A DNA stretch of 36,866 nucleotides, taken from contig DIZY01000038.1 of the NCBI GenBank assembly GCA_002428055.1, positions 1 through 36,866 on the forward strand, read 5' to 3'. The stretch is from Helicobacteraceae bacterium UBA6016. GTDB taxonomy: Bacteria; Campylobacterota; Campylobacteria; Campylobacterales; UBA6016. The notes beneath the pieces were generated by a model. That model was not told the DNA's origin. It searched no databases and saw only the letters and a program-made list of their open reading frames with translations. Every line of letters starts with the position of its first letter. The first letter of the stretch is position 1. Shown piece by piece: positions 27,239 through 35,167 of the stretch. The position numbers and the translations under genes are program-made.

Positions 27239-28879
27239 ATGGGCGTTAGCGAATTTGCGGGTAAGATAGCTCCAAAAGAGCTTTTGACGGATGTGGTATC
27301 TTTGGTTGCGGCGTACTATACGCTAAAGTGTGATGTCTCAAACCTCTCCGAGCAGGTGAGTTTTGGCACATCCGGACACAGGGGAAGTAGCATCAAAAGA
27401 AGCTTTAATGAACCGCATGTGCTGGCTATTGCCCAGGCCATTTGCGACTACCGTAGGAGCGAAGGGATTGACGGCGTGCTCTTTGTCGGAATGGATACGC
27501 ACGCTCTCTCTCGCCCGGCGCAGATAAGCGCAATAGAGGTATTTGTCGCCAACGGCGTAGAGGTGCGCATAGCCACAGACGGCGGCTACACCCCGACACC
27601 AGTAATATCGCACGCTATCCTTTCTTATAACAAAGGTCGCACGGCGCATTTTGCCGACGGCGTAGTCATCACGCCTTCGCATAATCCCCCAAGAGACGGC
27701 GGTTTCAAATACAATCCGCCAAGCGGCGGTCCTGCAGGTCCAGAGATAACGGATATTATTCAAAAAAGAGCAAACGAGCTAATTGCAGGCGGCTTAAAAG
27801 ACCTCCAAAGAATAGAGTATGAAAAAGCGCTGAAGCAGCCGAATATAAAAGAGTATGACTACATCACGCCCTATATAAGCGACCTAAAAAATGTCGTAGA
27901 TATGGAGGCGATAGCAAAAAGCGGACTGAAAATAGGCGTAGACCCGATGGGCGGTTCCGGCATTGCATACTGGGAGCCGATGGCGAAAATGTACGGACTA
28001 AATATTGAAGTGGTCAATCGCTACGCCGATCCGACATTTTCGTTTATGTCGGTGGACAAAGACGGTGAGATACGGATGGACTGCTCCTCGCCGTACGCCA
28101 TGGCCGGACTAATAGGTCTAAAAGACAGGTTTGATATAGCTTTTGGCAACGATCCGGATTACGATAGACACGGTATCGTGACAAAAACTAACGGGCTTAT
28201 GAATCCAAACCACTACCTCTCGGTGGCCATCAACTATCTCTTCCAGAATCGCCCGAATTGGAGAGCGGATGCAGCTATCGGCAAGACGCTAGTATCTAGC
28301 TCAATGATAGACAGGGTGGCGCATGGGCTGGGCAAAAAGCTATGCGAGGTACCTGTAGGCTTTAAGTGGTTTGTGGACGGTCTTGTGGACGGCTCGTTTG
28401 GCTTTGGAGGAGAGGAGAGTGCGGGCGCCTCTTTTCTTAGATTTGACGGTTCCGTGTGGACGACGGATAAAGACGGTATCATACTAAATCTACTAGCGGC
28501 GGAGATAACGGCGAGAACGGGCAAAGACCCAAGCGAGCATTATGAAGAGCTGGAGGCAAAATACGGTTCGCCGATATATGAGCGAATGGATGCAAAAGCT
28601 AGCCCGGAGCAAAAGGCAAAGCTCAAAAAGCTAAACCCCTCCGATGTGGCGGCGACTATGCTGGCAGGCGAGGAGATAACGGCGAAGCTCACAAAAGCGC
28701 CGGGCAACAACGAAGCGATAGGCGGGCTCAAGGTAACGACCGAAAACGGCTGGTTTGCCGCTAGACCATCGGGTACCGAGGATGTATACAAGATATACGC
28801 CGAGAGCTTCAAGGGTGCCCAGCATCTAAAACTAATACAAGAAGAGGCGCAGCGGATAGTATCCGCCGTCATAGGCTAA
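27239..28879 (+). CDS. pgm: Phosphoglucomutase
   Basis: [33 protein letters not shown]. Confidence 0.96.
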   Translation: MGVSEFAGKIAPKELLTDVVSLVAAYYTLKCDVSNLSEQVSFGTSGHRGSSIKRSFNEPHVLAIAQAICDYRRSEGIDGVLFVGMDTHALSRPAQISAIEVFVANGVEVRIATDGGYTPTPVISHAILSYNKGRTAHFADGVVITPSHNPPRDGGFKYNPPSGGPAGPEITDIIQKRANELIAGGLKDLQRIEYEKALKQPNIKEYDYITPYISDLKNVVDMEAIAKSGLKIGVDPMGGSGIAYWEPMAKMYGLNIEVVNRYADPTFSFMSVDKDGEIRMDCSSPYAMAGLIGLKDRFDIAFGNDPDYDRHGIVTKTNGLMNPNHYLSVAINYLFQNRPNWRADAAIGKTLVSSSMIDRVAHGLGKKLCEVPVGFKWFVDGLVDGSFGFGGEESAGASFLRFDGSVWTTDKDGIILNLLAAEITARTGKDPSEHYEELEAKYGSPIYERMDAKASPEQKAKLKKLNPSDVAATMLAGEEITAKLTKAPGNNEAIGGLKVTTENGWFAARPSGTEDVYKIYAESFKGAQHLKLIQEEAQRIVSAVIG

Positions 28880-28882
28880 ACC

Positions 28883-30805
28883 ATGCAAAAACTACCTATT
28901 CGCTACGATTATTCGACATTCGGTGAGACGGACTCTTACCACTTTAAAGAGGGTTCGCACTACAAGCTCTACAACAAACTAGGGGCGCATATCACAGAGG
29001 TTGACGGTAAAAGCGGCGTATATTTTGCGCTGTGGGCTCCGCACGCAAAGTATCTATCGGTTATCGGAGATTTTAACGGCTTTGACAAGGGTGCGCATCC
29101 GATGCAGTTAAAAGCTGACGGCTCCGGTGTGTGGGAGTGTTTTATCGAAGGGGTGGAGCGGGGCGCAAACTACAAATATTGGCTTGAGTCTCAAAACGGC
29201 GGATATGCAGAGGAAAAAAGCGACCCGTACGCCTTTTTTTGGGAGGTTGCGCCAAAGTCTGCCTCTAGGGTCTGGTCTCTCGAATACGAGTGGAACGACA
29301 CAGAGTGGATGGCAGAGCGCAAGGAAAAAAACTCCATTCATGCACCGATAAGCGTCTATGAGGTGCATTTAGGCTCATGGAAGAGGGCGCCTGAAGACGG
29401 CAACAGAGTGTTAAACTACCGTGAGGCGGCTCATGAGTTGGCGGCTTATGTGAAGGAGACCGGCTTTACCCATGTGGAGTTCTTGCCTGTTACCGAACAC
29501 CCGTATGACGGGTCGTGGGGGTATCAAGTCATCGGTTATTTCGCTCCGACTTCGAGATTTGGCACGCCTGAGGAGTTCATGTATCTTATCGACACGCTTC
29601 ACCAAGAGGGCATAGGCGTGATACTAGACTGGGTGCCATCGCACTTTGCCGTTGATATGCACGGGCTAGCACGCTTTGACGGGACAAATCTATACGAACA
29701 CGAAGACCCTAGGCAGGGATTTCACCCTGAGTGGGGGAGCTGTATATTCAATCTGGGGCGCAATGAGGTAGTTAGCTTCCTTATCTCTTCCGCCCTTTTT
29801 TGGCTAGAAAAATACCACATAGACGGTATTAGAGTGGACGCCGTAGCCTCCATGCTCTATCTCAATTACGCCAGAAAAGACGGTGATTGGATAGCAAACG
29901 AATACGGCGGCAACGAAAACATCGAAGCGGTGAAGTTCCTGCAGACGCTAAACCACAATGTCTACGCCGAGTTTCCCGATGTTATGATGATAGCCGAAGA
30001 GTCTACCAACTGGCCTATGGTCACAAAGCCTACATACACGGGCGGACTAGGGTTTGAATTTAAGTGGAGCATGGGGTGGATGCATGATACGCTCAAGTTC
30101 CTCTCTCGTGACCCGGTGATGCGCAAATACCACCATCAACAGATTACATTTAGTATCTGGTACACCTTTGACGAACAGTATATGCTCCCTCTCTCACATG
30201 ATGAGGTGGTGCACATGAAAGGCTCTCTTATCGGCAGGATGAGCGGCGATTATTGGCAAAAATTTGCAAACTTGCGCCTCCTGTACGCCTATATGTATGC
30301 GCACCCGGGCAAGAAGCTTCTCTTTATGGGCGGAGAGTTTGCGCAGTTTGCCGAGTGGAACTATGAGGCGAGCCTTGACTGGCATCTGCTGGGCTACGAG
30401 TCGCACGCCGGGGTCAAAACACTCATTTGCGACATTAATGCGCTATACCGCTCACATCCCGCACTCTATGCAAACGACCATCTGCATAAGGGTTTTAGTT
30501 GGGTAGAGGCGAATGACGGCGACAATAGCGTCTTAGCGTTTTTGCGATTTGGCGACCACGCCGAGGACACACTGCTAGCGGTCTGCAACTTCACCCCCGT
30601 ACCGAGATACGACTACCGTGTCGGCGTACCGTTTCACTGCCAGTGGCAAGAGCTACTAAATACCGACGCAGCTAAATACGGCGGCTCAAACATCGGCAAC
30701 ATGGGTGGCTTGCACTCCGATACCGTGCCTTCACATTCGCAAGATTGTAGCCTAAGTATGACGCTACCGCCACTAGCTGTGGTGTGGATGAAGCCGATGT
30801 TGTAA
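28883..30805 (+). CDS. glgB: 1,4-alpha-glucan branching enzyme (GH13)
   Basis: WAP, YEVHLGSW, SWGYQ, LDWVPSHF, GIRVDAVASM, IAEEST, LSHDEVVH. Confidence 0.97.
   Translation: MQKLPIRYDYSTFGETDSYHFKEGSHYKLYNKLGAHITEVDGKSGVYFALWAPHAKYLSVIGDFNGFDKGAHPMQLKADGSGVWECFIEGVERGANYKYWLESQNGGYAEEKSDPYAFFWEVAPKSASRVWSLEYEWNDTEWMAERKEKNSIHAPISVYEVHLGSWKRAPEDGNRVLNYREAAHELAAYVKETGFTHVEFLPVTEHPYDGSWGYQVIGYFAPTSRFGTPEEFMYLIDTLHQEGIGVILDWVPSHFAVDMHGLARFDGTNLYEHEDPRQGFHPEWGSCIFNLGRNEVVSFLISSALFWLEKYHIDGIRVDAVASMLYLNYARKDGDWIANEYGGNENIEAVKFLQTLNHNVYAEFPDVMMIAEESTNWPMVTKPTYTGGLGFEFKWSMGWMHDTLKFLSRDPVMRKYHHQQITFSIWYTFDEQYMLPLSHDEVVHMKGSLIGRMSGDYWQKFANLRLLYAYMYAHPGKKLLFMGGEFAQFAEWNYEASLDWHLLGYESHAGVKTLICDINALYRSHPALYANDHLHKGFSWVEANDGDNSVLAFLRFGDHAEDTLLAVCNFTPVPRYDYRVGVPFHCQWQELLNTDAAKYGGSNIGNMGGLHSDTVPSHSQDCSLSMTLPPLAVVWMKPML
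30782..30805 (+). repeat. Direct repeat copy 1 (glgB 3' end)
   Basis: GTGTGGATGAAGCCGATG-TTG-TAA; the 18-mer recurs at 32486. Confidence 0.85.
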
Positions 30806-30864
30806 TCGGACTCATACCTAGATATTATAATTTAAAAAATACAAAACAGGGGTTGGGTGCATCG

Positions 30865-32397
30865 ATGAATCCGGAATCTTTAAAAAATCACGCAACTCTT
30901 CACTATACTTACAACAATCAGCAGCTCCTGTTTTTTGTGGAAAAAGAAAAGTTCGAAACTCTATTTGATATTGAGATAGATGAGCGGATTCAACATATCG
31001 GGCTTGATTTGCTCGAAGTTATCCATCCTGATGATGTTGATTTGTTTGCTATTGCCAATCCGGGCTACTCGCTTTACGAATCTTTTGAATTACTTTTCCG
31101 TGTTTTTAAAAAAAACAAAGAGATTGTTATATTAAAAGGCAAGTTCAATCGCCTCTCAAGCGGCGGTACAGGAAACTACCCAGCATTTCTAACGGAATTA
31201 ATTGATGCGAAAAGCTTGAGCGAAAAATCCGATGAGCTAAATAGCATGAAGATAAACTTTCAAGCGATGATGGAACGAACGGACGATTTTATATTTTTTA
31301 AAGACGCAAACCACATTATGACTATGTCGAGTGACAGCTTGGCAGTTATTACGGGATATAAAAAAGGGTATGAGATTGTCGGCAAAACAGACTATGAGAT
31401 ATTTCCGAAAGAGTATGCGGACGCCTATCATAAGCTTGAAAAAGAGATCTACAAAGGAAATATTCCTTGCGTAGAGGAGGTTCAGCCGTTTGTTGACGAA
31501 AATAATCAAGCAGGCTGGATAAACAATCGAAAATATCCAATAAGAAACTCCTCCGGAGAAATAATCGGACTATTCGGTATCGCTAGAAATATCACCAAGC
31601 AAATACAACTACAACAAGAGCTTACGGCATTAAATGCCAATCTTCATGAAATGATAAAAACCGAAACGGATAAAAGGGTAGAAAAAGAAAAGCTTCTAAT
31701 ACAACAAACAAAGATGGCCACTATGGGGGAGATGATAGGCGCCATCGCTCACCAATGGAAACAACCGCTAAATGCTCTAGCTATCACCGTTCAAGATGCG
31801 GAGATGGCGTATAGATATGGCGAGCTTGATAATGAGTATATGGCTACATACAAAAAAGAGGCGATGCAAACCATACAAAATATGACAGATACGATAGAGG
31901 ATTTCAGAAAATTCTTCTCTCCAAATAAAAAAACAGAGGAGTTTTTTGTTGAAGACGCCATAGCTGAAACGCTAAAGATGCTAGAGCCTCAGCTGAAAAC
32001 TTATGAAATAGAGATTAGATTTGATAAAGATACAGCCAAAAAACATCTGTATTCCGGCTGCAAGAATGAACTAAAACAAGTGTTTTTAAATATATTGGCA
32101 AACGCCAAAGATGCACTACTTGAAAAGAAACCGAGTAGGGCGTTTATTAAGATGGATGTGAATGCAACAGATAATAATAAACTTGAAATATCAATAGAAG
32201 ACTCAGCCGGCGGAATCCCCGAGGAGATAATAAATAAAGTATTTGATTCATACTTTACCACCAAGGGAGAAGATAAAGGAACCGGTATTGGGCTATACAT
32301 GTCAAAACAAATAGTAGAGGATAGTTTGCACGGAAAGCTAAGCGTCGGCAATACGGAGAATGGGGCTATGTTTGTAGTAGAAGTTTTTCGCGCTTGA
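30865..32397 (+). CDS. Cytoplasmic PAS-domain histidine kinase (orphan)
   Basis: ATG at 30865 preferred; IHPDD PAS-like and VGKTDYEIFP PAS/PAC segments; IAHQWKQPLN, NAKDA, DSAGGI, GTGIGLY; no TM helices. Confidence 0.87.
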   Translation: MNPESLKNHATLHYTYNNQQLLFFVEKEKFETLFDIEIDERIQHIGLDLLEVIHPDDVDLFAIANPGYSLYESFELLFRVFKKNKEIVILKGKFNRLSSGGTGNYPAFLTELIDAKSLSEKSDELNSMKINFQAMMERTDDFIFFKDANHIMTMSSDSLAVITGYKKGYEIVGKTDYEIFPKEYADAYHKLEKEIYKGNIPCVEEVQPFVDENNQAGWINNRKYPIRNSSGEIIGLFGIARNITKQIQLQQELTALNANLHEMIKTETDKRVEKEKLLIQQTKMATMGEMIGAIAHQWKQPLNALAITVQDAEMAYRYGELDNEYMATYKKEAMQTIQNMTDTIEDFRKFFSPNKKTEEFFVEDAIAETLKMLEPQLKTYEIEIRFDKDTAKKHLYSGCKNELKQVFLNILANAKDALLEKKPSRAFIKMDVNATDNNKLEISIEDSAGGIPEEIINKVFDSYFTTKGEDKGTGIGLYMSKQIVEDSLHGKLSVGNTENGAMFVVEVFRA

Positions 32398-32482
32398 TTT
32401 ATTTGCATTTGAGACTATTTTTGCCCTCATCTCATCAAGCCCCTCTTTGAGCGATTTTGTCTGCACCTTGCCTGCAGCGTCT
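32397..32482 (-). pseudogene. Fragment of an antitoxin/RelE junction
   Basis: The minus strand encodes AGKVQTKSLKEGLDEMRAKIVS, similar to RGELKTVPFEEGLAEMRQKLVS of 33844-34101. An overlapping ATG (MQINQ) resembles the toxin start MKINK. Confidence 0.65.
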
Positions 32483-32485
32483 TTT

Positions 32486-32509
32486 GTGTGGATGAAGCCG
32501 ATGCTCTAA
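32486..32509 (+). repeat. Direct repeat copy 2 (orphan glgB 3' end)
   Basis: GTGTGGATGAAGCCGATG-CTC-TAA, also encoding VWMKPML*. Confidence 0.85.
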
Positions 32510-32528
32510 GTCGGCTCCCCGTCCCGCA

Positions 32529-32544
32529 CGGCATAATTTTTGCT
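32529..32544 (+). promoter_or_regulatory. Putative sigma54 -24/-12 promoter
   Basis: CGGCATAATTTTTGCT (GG-N10-GC) about 30 nt before the ATG at 32576. Confidence 0.6.
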
Positions 32545-32575
32545 TGTTGTTTGCCAATAAAAAATAAGGCATAAA

Positions 32576-33760
32576 ATGAGCGCAATAGTCACTTCAACCC
32601 AGTATACTGCCGCCCAGTCAATCAAAACATCCGCACAAACACAGAGTGCGTCCACATCGTTTGATGAAGAGCTGAAAAAAGCAACGGACACGCAAACATC
32701 GACGGCAAGTAAAACCCCAAAAGAGATAATCGCAGAATATAGAGCTATGCCCGGCGGTGACGGCCTACTTCCGGAGGGTGGTCTTGAGGCGCATATTGCA
32801 AATTTTACCAAAAAGCATGAAGAGGAGTTCAAAAAAGATTATCCTCTTTATGAAAAATACAAAGATGTTTTCACCCCAAAATACAGCAACTACACAAGGC
32901 AAAAAGCGGAGAGCCTAGCTAGAGAGCTAAATGCACAGTTTCCGGAGTACAAAAGCCTGCATCAAAAAGCTTATTACGGCGGCACCGAGGAAGACATGGA
33001 CAAATTCAACGAGTACAGGCTTGATTATCAAGCTTACAACAGGTATTTGCACGAAAAACATGACCTTGATATGGGGCTAGGGATGTCTTACGGCACCGAG
33101 GGTTCAAGGGCGTACAACTACGCCGTATACGAACAGCTAGAAAACGGCGTAAGTCTAGCTGAGGCTACCGAGATGGCGGCTTCCGTGGCTGTCGAGTTTG
33201 GCGGGCGTGAGGCTAATAATTTTCAGATGATGGGCTTTATGGGCTACCCTGACAATATGGCAGAGGCTATGGCAACAAGCGATGGCGACAAGGAGATCCA
33301 CTACGACACCCAGATAGACCTGAGAGATAGTGGGATAAATCACAATTTTGCATACACCAACTACGAGGTCTTGTTCGGAACCGACAAAGAGGGGATAAAG
33401 CGAAGACTCTCTTATGAGCTTGACCTGTATAAATTTTTGACCGAAAATACGGCTTTGGTAGATCAAAAAGTGAAAGAGTTAAAAGAGCGCTCACCTGAGT
33501 GGTATGAGTTTAAGCACGGCGATGAAGATTATGCAAAAAATCTACAAGAGAGTTTTCAAAACAGCTACGATGTAGCCCAGTTTGCAAAAAACATATTTGA
33601 CAAGTACGGCGACAGCATATTCAAAAAAGACGCAAGCCACACAAACCAAGAGCTCGCCCAAAAAGCCGAAATGACAAAAAATAAAATCAAAAGCTCCGAG
33701 GAGCAGGGGAGTGCCGCTAAAACTGAAAAAAGTGTGTTAGAGGCGTTGATACAGCTTTGA
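32576..33760 (+). CDS. Hypothetical protein with Ser/Thr/Gln-rich N-terminus
   Basis: 394-aa ORF, AAGG RBS, no recognisable catalytic motif, no Sec signal peptide or TM helix. Confidence 0.75.
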   Translation: MSAIVTSTQYTAAQSIKTSAQTQSASTSFDEELKKATDTQTSTASKTPKEIIAEYRAMPGGDGLLPEGGLEAHIANFTKKHEEEFKKDYPLYEKYKDVFTPKYSNYTRQKAESLARELNAQFPEYKSLHQKAYYGGTEEDMDKFNEYRLDYQAYNRYLHEKHDLDMGLGMSYGTEGSRAYNYAVYEQLENGVSLAEATEMAASVAVEFGGREANNFQMMGFMGYPDNMAEAMATSDGDKEIHYDTQIDLRDSGINHNFAYTNYEVLFGTDKEGIKRRLSYELDLYKFLTENTALVDQKVKELKERSPEWYEFKHGDEDYAKNLQESFQNSYDVAQFAKNIFDKYGDSIFKKDASHTNQELAQKAEMTKNKIKSSEEQGSAAKTEKSVLEALIQL

Positions 33761-33843
33761 AATTGGTAGACAATTTGGTCTTGTGCTCCTGTCGTGATGA
33801 GAATGTTTGATATAATCAAAAAAACAAATCGTAGGTCAAAAAG

Positions 33844-34101
33844 ATGTTAACGCTAAATATTGATAATCCGACAGTTGAAAACTACTTTCACCAAAGCGCC
33901 GATGAGATATATAAAGTGCTAGAGTCAATAGCCCTAAGCAAAGCTCGTTTGGTATCTACGGAAAACGCAATGCCGCAAGCCGCTGTAGATATAATGCGGG
34001 ATGTGGAAGCGTACCGCAGAGGCGAGCTAAAAACCGTGCCGTTTGAAGAAGGTTTAGCGGAGATGAGGCAAAAACTCGTCAGTAAATATGAAAATCAATA
34101 A
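33844..34101 (+). CDS. Putative type II antitoxin
   Basis: 85 aa, extended -10 TGaTATAAT at 33808-33816, overlaps a RelE-like toxin start. Confidence 0.65.
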   Translation: MLTLNIDNPTVENYFHQSADEIYKVLESIALSKARLVSTENAMPQAAVDIMRDVEAYRRGELKTVPFEEGLAEMRQKLVSKYENQ

Positions 34102-34367
34102 AAGCAAACGCTTTAACGAAAATCTTTACACTATTTTGGATTTTATTGCCGCTGATAGCTTAAGCAGGGCGTTAAAATTTGGCGACGAGCTAGAAAAAGA
34201 GATTTATTCACTTTGCGACAATCCATACCGAATGCAGAAAATCTATTCATTTTAACGACGAAAATATCAGGGATTTGATATTTATGGGATATGTGGTTCC
34301 TTATCTTGTGGGTAAAGTGCGTGATGAGATATTAGTGCCGGTGATTGTTAATCGGAATTTGTGGTAG
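34088..34367 (+). pseudogene. RelE/ParE-family toxin, frameshifted
   Basis: MKINKSKRFNENLYTILDFIAADSLSRA...NPY stops at 34255; the +1 frame continues CRKSIHFNDENIRDLIFMGYVVPYLV...NRNLW*. Span is 280 nt (3n+1). Confidence 0.82.
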
Positions 34368-34405
34368 GTGTGAATGTAGAAGATTGTTTTTGTGTAGTTT
34401 ATTAA

Positions 34406-34825
34406 TTATTTGATAGAAGCTAAGAGATTATTGAGCGGCTCCTTTTTGATAGTTCTGTATATGTCATAATCACTATCTATCGTCAAAATATCCTTGATAT
34501 TCAGCTTTTCACTTGCGACAATGAGCGAGCTATCCGCCAAATCCATCGGCACATCCATATATTTTTCGCTGAGGGCTATGATGCGTTTGATGTCGCCTGA
34601 AAGCGTCTGATATATGCTCACGGCTCCAAGGTCTAGCCACTTCAAAAAATCTATTTGCGTTTTGATATTAAAATCCAGCATATGCGACACCTCGGTAATG
34701 ACAGGCCATGTCGTCACTAGCTCACCCTCATACCCGCTCAAAAACTTCACCACTTTTTTATGATACTTATCGCTTTTGTCAAAAAGAGCAATCATCGGTC
34801 CCGCATCAATGAGCGTTTTTTGCAT
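34406..34825 (-). CDS. vapC: PIN-domain toxin (VapC family)
   Basis: True start MQKTLIDAGPMIALFD at 34825; TWPVITE, MDLADSSL and TIDSDY acidic PIN motifs. Confidence 0.87.
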   Translation of the reverse strand: MQKTLIDAGPMIALFDKSDKYHKKVVKFLSGYEGELVTTWPVITEVSHMLDFNIKTQIDFLKWLDLGAVSIYQTLSGDIKRIIALSEKYMDVPMDLADSSLIVASEKLNIKDILTIDSDYDIYRTIKKEPLNNLLASIK

Positions 34826-35060
34826 GCAGCTTCTCTTTGAGTTTTTCTTTGTAGTTCGCAGATAGTGAGCCATCCCCACTACCGTACTTGCCGAACATCT
34901 CTTTGCCCAGCGTATAAGCCGTCTGCTTTTTGGCTTCCTCTTTGTTTTCAAAATAAAAAAGCAGAGCGTCTTTGACTACTTGTGATTTTGGCTGATGTTC
35001 GCTTTTGGCGAAGCTATCTAGTCTATGCTCTAGCTCATCCGTGAGTCTGACCGTTAGCAT
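34806..35060 (-). CDS. Ribbon-helix-helix (CopG-like) antitoxin
   Basis: MLTVRLTDELEHRLDSFAKSEHQPKSQVVKDAL with GGAGG RBS; overlaps the vapC start. Confidence 0.82.
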   Translation of the reverse strand: MLTVRLTDELEHRLDSFAKSEHQPKSQVVKDALLFYFENKEEAKKQTAYTLGKEMFGKYGSGDGSLSANYKEKLKEKLHAKNAH

Positions 35061-35077
35061 TTTGAGCCTCCGTTTTT

Positions 35078-35105
35078 TTGTAATACGGTATTGTAATACG
35101 GTATT
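35078..35105. promoter_or_regulatory. Tandem palindromic operator of the RHH-PIN module
   Basis: TTGTAATACGGTA repeated with a 13-bp period; each unit contains AATAC-G-GTATT. Confidence 0.65.
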
Positions 35106-35167
35106 TTTTAAAGTGCTTTTAAATAAAATGGAAAAACTTAATAATTTAAAAATCATAACGGGAATAT

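Noticed and set aside
34826-34951. N-terminal extension of the PIN toxin in the ORF track (similar extensions at 8474, 18140, 18540, 30784 and 35156)
   Set aside because: The extensions overlap neighbouring genes or promoters; downstream starts fit domain boundaries and RBS positions better.
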